Virus record (IMG/VR): IMGVR_UViG_3300031673_000102
Direction: 5' to 3' (one strand)
DNA length: 46,183 nt
Source of the DNA: a virus
The notes under the pieces: model-generated
What the model was told of the DNA's origin: nothing
Database searches by the model: none
Seen by the model: only the letters and a program-made list of their open reading frames with translations
Program-made: the position numbers and the translations under genes
Shown: in pieces, positions 42,976 to 46,183 of the stretch
Layout: every line of letters starts with the position of its first letter
Position numbering within the stretch: position 1 is the stretch's first letter

Positions 42976-43708
42976 GGCCAACCTAACTCAGGCTGCTTCT
43001 GAGAATGCAGAGTCTATGTACAAAGGTCAGAAGTCCCAACTCATTCTTGGTATATCCAAAAGTGGGCGAGGAAAGTCTAACTCCATTCGTAACTTGAACC
43101 CGGAGAATACCTTTCTAATAAACGTGGTGGGAAAGTCTCTTCCCTTTCCCAAAGGTATGCAATACCAAGAGAAGAAGAACATGCTGAACTCAGCCGATCC
43201 TGCTACCATCTCTCGGACTATGATGGAAGTATCACGGGATGAGAAGTGGAAACACCTAGTCATTGATGATGCCCAGTACATCATGGCTACTGAGTTCATG
43301 GCTAAAGCCCTTGAGAAAGGATTCGATAAGTTCACCCTTATGGCTAAACACATCTTCGATGTGGTAATACTAGCTACTAAATTAAGAGGTAGCCTTAAGG
43401 TATTCATTCTTACACACGAAGAAGATACTGGCACTGAGAGGAAGATGAAAACTCTGGGTAAACTCCTTGATGATAAGGTAACTCTTGAAGGCCTGAGTAC
43501 CATCGTCCTATTTGCCGAAGTAGTAGCCGACGATACCAAGCGATCCTATTACTTCACCACACAAAGTGATGGTTACACCACTGCTAAAACTCCATTCGAT
43601 ATGTTTCCATATCGGATTGATAATGACTTGGACTTAGTGTCTAAGAGGATAGATGAGTATTATAAGGGAGTCCCTCTAAAGGATTCTAAACTGAAGTTCA
43701 TTCCATAA
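42914..43708 (+). CDS. AAA_24/Sak4-like recombination ATPase
   Basis: Walker A GISKSGRGKS, Walker B HLVIDDAQY. AAGGAG SD before ATG 42914. The alternative ATG 43016 gives a typically short N-terminus. Confidence 0.6.
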   Translation: MAEPTKPPVPPITQTTVKPIEANLTQAASENAESMYKGQKSQLILGISKSGRGKSNSIRNLNPENTFLINVVGKSLPFPKGMQYQEKKNMLNSADPATISRTMMEVSRDEKWKHLVIDDAQYIMATEFMAKALEKGFDKFTLMAKHIFDVVILATKLRGSLKVFILTHEEDTGTERKMKTLGKLLDDKVTLEGLSTIVLFAEVVADDTKRSYYFTTQSDGYTTAKTPFDMFPYRIDNDLDLVSKRIDEYYKGVPLKDSKLKFIP

Positions 43709-43718
43709 GGAGGAAGTT

Positions 43719-44123
43719 ATGCCTGAGACTAAGAAGTATTGCACACCATTGCCTGAAGAAGTAATTAAAATCTCTGGGGTAGAAATCACTTACGGTGGAG
43801 AGTTTGATGAAACTCTACTTGAAAAATGTTTAGACATGTTACCAGACAGTGAACTTGATGAGCCTAAGTATGAAGATGGCCCTGGAGTTCCTGGATGGGA
43901 AGATCGTAGTAAGGATATTGAGCTTGGCATAACTGATGAATCCGCTCCTCAAGCTCAGTGTGAAACCACTCCTAAATCCATTGGGTGCAAAGTGCTCGGA
44001 GATCAATTCATATATGCAATTCAAGGTCTCATCACCGACCTCGAATCAACAAAACCTCCTGGCTATATCCTCGCTATAGGAAAGCTGAAAGGTGCAATCA
44101 TCAAACTTCAGGCTGGCGACTAA
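43719..44123 (+). CDS. Hypothetical protein
   Basis: AAGGAGG SD. 134 aa. Confidence 0.5.
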   Translation: MPETKKYCTPLPEEVIKISGVEITYGGEFDETLLEKCLDMLPDSELDEPKYEDGPGVPGWEDRSKDIELGITDESAPQAQCETTPKSIGCKVLGDQFIYAIQGLITDLESTKPPGYILAIGKLKGAIIKLQAGD

Positions 44124-44176
44124 GCCTGTCCTGACAATCAGCGCATTAGCGCTAATCAACAACAAGGAGTATTGCA

Positions 44177-44623
44177 ATGAGTGAAGAAATCTATCAGGAT
44201 GTAGCAAGTGAAATGGGTGAGAGTATTCTGGACATCGACACAGGTGATGCAGTTGAGCCTACCTGTGTTGAGGATGGGGAATATAAGATCCGGATTACTG
44301 GATTCAAGAAGGACACTGATGGTAAGATCGTTCGAACCAAAACTGAGACCGGCAACAAGTTCTTCATCGTGAACTTTGATATTCCTGATGAAGCTAGTTC
44401 CAGAAACTTCAGTAAGATCTTCTCTGTGCCGGTCGAAGGTATGGATGCCAAGAAGTTGAACGGTGTTAAGTGGGATCTGGAGTGCCTCAAGCGTGCATTC
44501 AATCTCACCGAGCTGAACTTCAATGAGATGGTAGGGAGGGAAGGCTATGCTATCCTACGCAAGTCCCACTCCGAGCAGTATGGTGATCAGAATGATGTTG
44601 TAAAGTTTATCATTGGTGCGTAA
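44177..44623 (+). CDS. DUF669-like putative ssDNA-binding protein
   Basis: Acidic N-terminus and beta-rich core. The call rests mainly on the known Sak4-DUF669 gene pairing. Confidence 0.35.
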   Translation: MSEEIYQDVASEMGESILDIDTGDAVEPTCVEDGEYKIRITGFKKDTDGKIVRTKTETGNKFFIVNFDIPDEASSRNFSKIFSVPVEGMDAKKLNGVKWDLECLKRAFNLTELNFNEMVGREGYAILRKSHSEQYGDQNDVVKFIIGA

Positions 44624-44638
44624 GTAAGTTAGCAAACT

Positions 44639-44704
44639 GGTTAAGGCTCTCGTACGAAGTAGGTAAGGCAAGCCGGGCGCTCCGGTAATCCTTAACCATG
44701 TTTT
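44639..44704 (+). terminator. Long hairpin plus T-run (terminator candidate)
   Basis: GGTTAAGG (44639-44646) pairs with CCTTAACC (44690-44697). Inner stem CCGG-gcgct-CCGG. TTTT at 44701-44704. Immediately precedes dyad motif copy 9. Confidence 0.35.
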
Positions 44705-44729
44705 GCTACATTGATTAAATCCACATAGC
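44705..44729 (+). promoter_or_regulatory. 25-bp dyad motif copy 9: GCTACATTGATTAAATCCACATAGC
   Basis: Intergenic, 31 nt upstream of ATG 44761. Followed by AAGGAGG and a GGGGA/TCCCC hairpin. Confidence 0.7.
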
Positions 44730-44760
44730 AAGGAGGGGATAGAATCCCCCTTAACTAATC

Positions 44761-44973
44761 ATGCCCCCTGAGAAAGTAGACGAGTTGTATAAGAAGATGG
44801 ACTGCCTATGCCCTTTATGTAGAGAAACCCATGTGATGGAACTCTACTGGACAGGTATCGGCATTCCCCGAAAGTATTGCAAACCCTGTCTATCCACAGT
44901 CTCAGGAACTTTCAATGCTATAAAAATAGGTATAAGGAGGGCCCTCATACGTGAGCACGGATCAAAAGAGTAG
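44761..44973 (+). CDS. Small zinc-ribbon protein
   Basis: CLCPLC ... CKPC. No SD directly upstream. Confidence 0.45.
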   Translation: MPPEKVDELYKKMDCLCPLCRETHVMELYWTGIGIPRKYCKPCLSTVSGTFNAIKIGIRRALIREHGSKE

Positions 44974-45262
44974 CTCAGCAGGTGGAGATTATCGTCCACG
45001 TCTAGCAGCTGAACTCACTCCCGAACAGCACCAAAAACTTCTGCAGATCCTACCTCATGGTATGCAGAAACCACTATTTCAAGCTCTTGTGCAGGGAGTC
45101 TTAGATCTCTACGACAAGGGAGGTCTTCCCGCTATAGGAGCCATCGTATCAAACCACATCGGAATTACCCAAGTAGTAACTTGTGGCCTGTCCCGATCTC
45201 GTAACAGTCAGATAGAATTCTTTGAGAATAAACTAAAGGAACTTAGGAATGGCCACGATTGA
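44951..45262 (+). CDS. Hypothetical protein (GTG start)
   Basis: AAGGAGG upstream of GTG 44951. 103 aa. Confidence 0.45.
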   Translation: MSTDQKSSSAGGDYRPRLAAELTPEQHQKLLQILPHGMQKPLFQALVQGVLDLYDKGGLPAIGAIVSNHIGITQVVTCGLSRSRNSQIEFFENKLKELRNGHD

Positions 45263-45500
45263 TTCCTTAGGAATATCCATATCAGATATGAGTCGGCCTG
45301 AACTTATGGTTAAGATCCACAAGATCAGAGCCACTCGTCGTACTCGACCTGCTGCTCGTAAATCTGCACCGGCTAAGGTCTCTCGTGCACCTAGCAAGAA
45401 AGCTCCAAAGCAACAAGATTTATTTGCCCTAGCTAATGGTATGACCACTGAAGCAAAGGCCGCCTTAGCGGCATCCCTCATGAAAGGAGTTAAGAAATGA
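45249..45500 (+). CDS. Hypothetical basic protein
   Basis: R/K/A/P-rich middle (ATRRTRPAARKSAPAKVSRAPSKKAPK). 83 aa. Confidence 0.5.
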   Translation: MATIDSLGISISDMSRPELMVKIHKIRATRRTRPAARKSAPAKVSRAPSKKAPKQQDLFALANGMTTEAKAALAASLMKGVKK

Positions 45501-45676
45501 CACCAGAAGAAAAGAAAGAATTCCTTAAAGAGTTCCTTGATTTTATAATGGGAGTGGAGGATACAGTTCTCTGCATTGAGTCTAATGATCCTGAATCTGA
45601 TCAGCAATACAGTGAAACTACTAAGGATGAAGTCGAACTTATTGATAGTTTCCTCAGTGCAAGAGAGGGGTGCTAA
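45497..45676 (+). CDS. 59-aa acidic peptide (not in the ORF track)
   Basis: ATGA overlap upstream and TAATG overlap downstream. Begins MTPEEKKEFLKEFLDFIMGVEDTV... Confidence 0.45.
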   Translation: MTPEEKKEFLKEFLDFIMGVEDTVLCIESNDPESDQQYSETTKDEVELIDSFLSAREGC

Positions 45677-46183
45677 TGGATACTCCGGAAATTCCTATAA
45701 CTTCCATAGAACTGGGAGAACGCTTCCGTAAAGATTACGGAAACATTGAGCAACTCATGTTCTCAATCAAGAAGAATGGCCTAATCACTCCAGTCGCTGT
45801 AGGCGTAGCCGACAAGGTTAAGGTGGGAAGAGAGACTGATCTCCCTTATATCCTACTTGCTGGGGGTCGAAGGATGGCGGCCCTAACTGCTATGGGCTGG
45901 ACTTCTATCCCTGTCCGGATTTACGACCAACCTATCTCCGAACTAGACTTACGTTCCATTGAGTTGGCTGAGAACTTTGATCGAAAGAGTATGGAGTACG
46001 CAGAAGAGATTGCTCTCATGAGACAGATCAACAATCTCCAGATTGAAATTCATGGCCCTAAGATAACTAGAAGTCCTGATGCGCCTGGCTGGAGCCAGGC
46101 AGACACCGCTAAGTTAGTGAAGAAAGATCCCTCAACCGTGGCTAAGGATCTTCAACTAGCCGAGGCCATCGAAAGATTTCCTG
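45676..46183 (+). CDS. ParB-like N-terminal domain of the ParB/methyltransferase fusion; 3' partial here, continues at position 128 after the duplicated 127 nt
   Basis: MDTPEIPITSIELGERFRKDYG... and LLAGGRRMAAL (ParB box GxRR). In phase with 1-951, giving 443 aa in total on the circular genome. Confidence 0.8.
   Translation, partial: MDTPEIPITSIELGERFRKDYGNIEQLMFSIKKNGLITPVAVGVADKVKVGRETDLPYILLAGGRRMAALTAMGWTSIPVRIYDQPISELDLRSIELAENFDRKSMEYAEEIALMRQINNLQIEIHGPKITRSPDAPGWSQADTAKLVKKDPSTVAKDLQLAEAIERFP
46057..46183. repeat. Terminal exact duplicate of 1-127 (circular assembly overlap)
   Basis: Identical to 1-127. The reading frame of the gene starting at 45676 continues in phase into position 1. 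Confidence 0.95.

Noticed and set aside
43027-43539. 170-aa minus-strand ORF
   Set aside because: Antisense to the Walker A/B ATPase gene, with a Ser/Arg/Leu-rich translation.
3288-44729. The 25-bp motifs as a CRISPR array, transposon inverted repeats or att sites
   Set aside because: The copies are dispersed 3-10 kb apart, not regularly spaced with short spacers. There is no transposase or integrase in the genome, and each copy sits precisely in an intergenic gap.
3288-44729. The 25-bp motifs as simple intrinsic terminators
   Set aside because: No copy has a following U-tract. Copy 5 has no upstream plus-strand gene to terminate. Several copies have 2-3 uncompensated arm mismatches.
45233-45607. 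124-aa minus-strand ORF
   Set aside because: Antisense to two well-packed plus-strand ORFs. No SD.

Overview
The window is a complete tailed-phage genome from a circular assembly. Bases 1-127 are identical to 46057-46183, so the unique length is 46,056 bp, and one gene (a ParB-domain/DNA methyltransferase fusion) runs across the junction. There are two divergent arms separated by a 520-nt control region (32410-32931). The plus-strand arm (32932 -> 46056/1 -> 7945) holds many tiny early ORFs and the DNA metabolism and replication genes: ATP-dependent DNA ligase, Cas4-like Fe-S nuclease, Sak4/AAA_24-like ATPase, an SSB-like protein, ParB-methyltransferase, DnaQ-like exonuclease, ThyX, a UDG-like domain fused to family A DNA polymerase, and a DUF3987-like ATPase. 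The minus-strand arm (32409 -> 7932) holds an HTH protein, a lysis cassette with a T7-lysozyme-like amidase, large terminase, portal, scaffold, major capsid protein, about 15 virion or tail proteins, and a 1511-aa giant virion protein. I saw no tRNA, rRNA, CRISPR array, integrase, reverse transcriptase, phage RNA polymerase, primase or DnaB-type helicase by eye. The most notable non-coding signal is a 25-bp imperfect-dyad motif with an invariant GATTAAATC core. It occurs nine times, always between genes and always oriented with local transcription. Other points of interest are three near-consensus sigma70-type promoters sharing TTGACAA, a ~550-nt ORF-free hairpin-rich stretch (33660-34203) with short G/T-rich repeats nearby, a GC-rich ORF-less island (38894-39105) that looks like a small structured RNA, and a phospholipase-A2-like motif protein in the lysis cassette. 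All functional calls come from motifs read by eye in the supplied translations; no database search was run.
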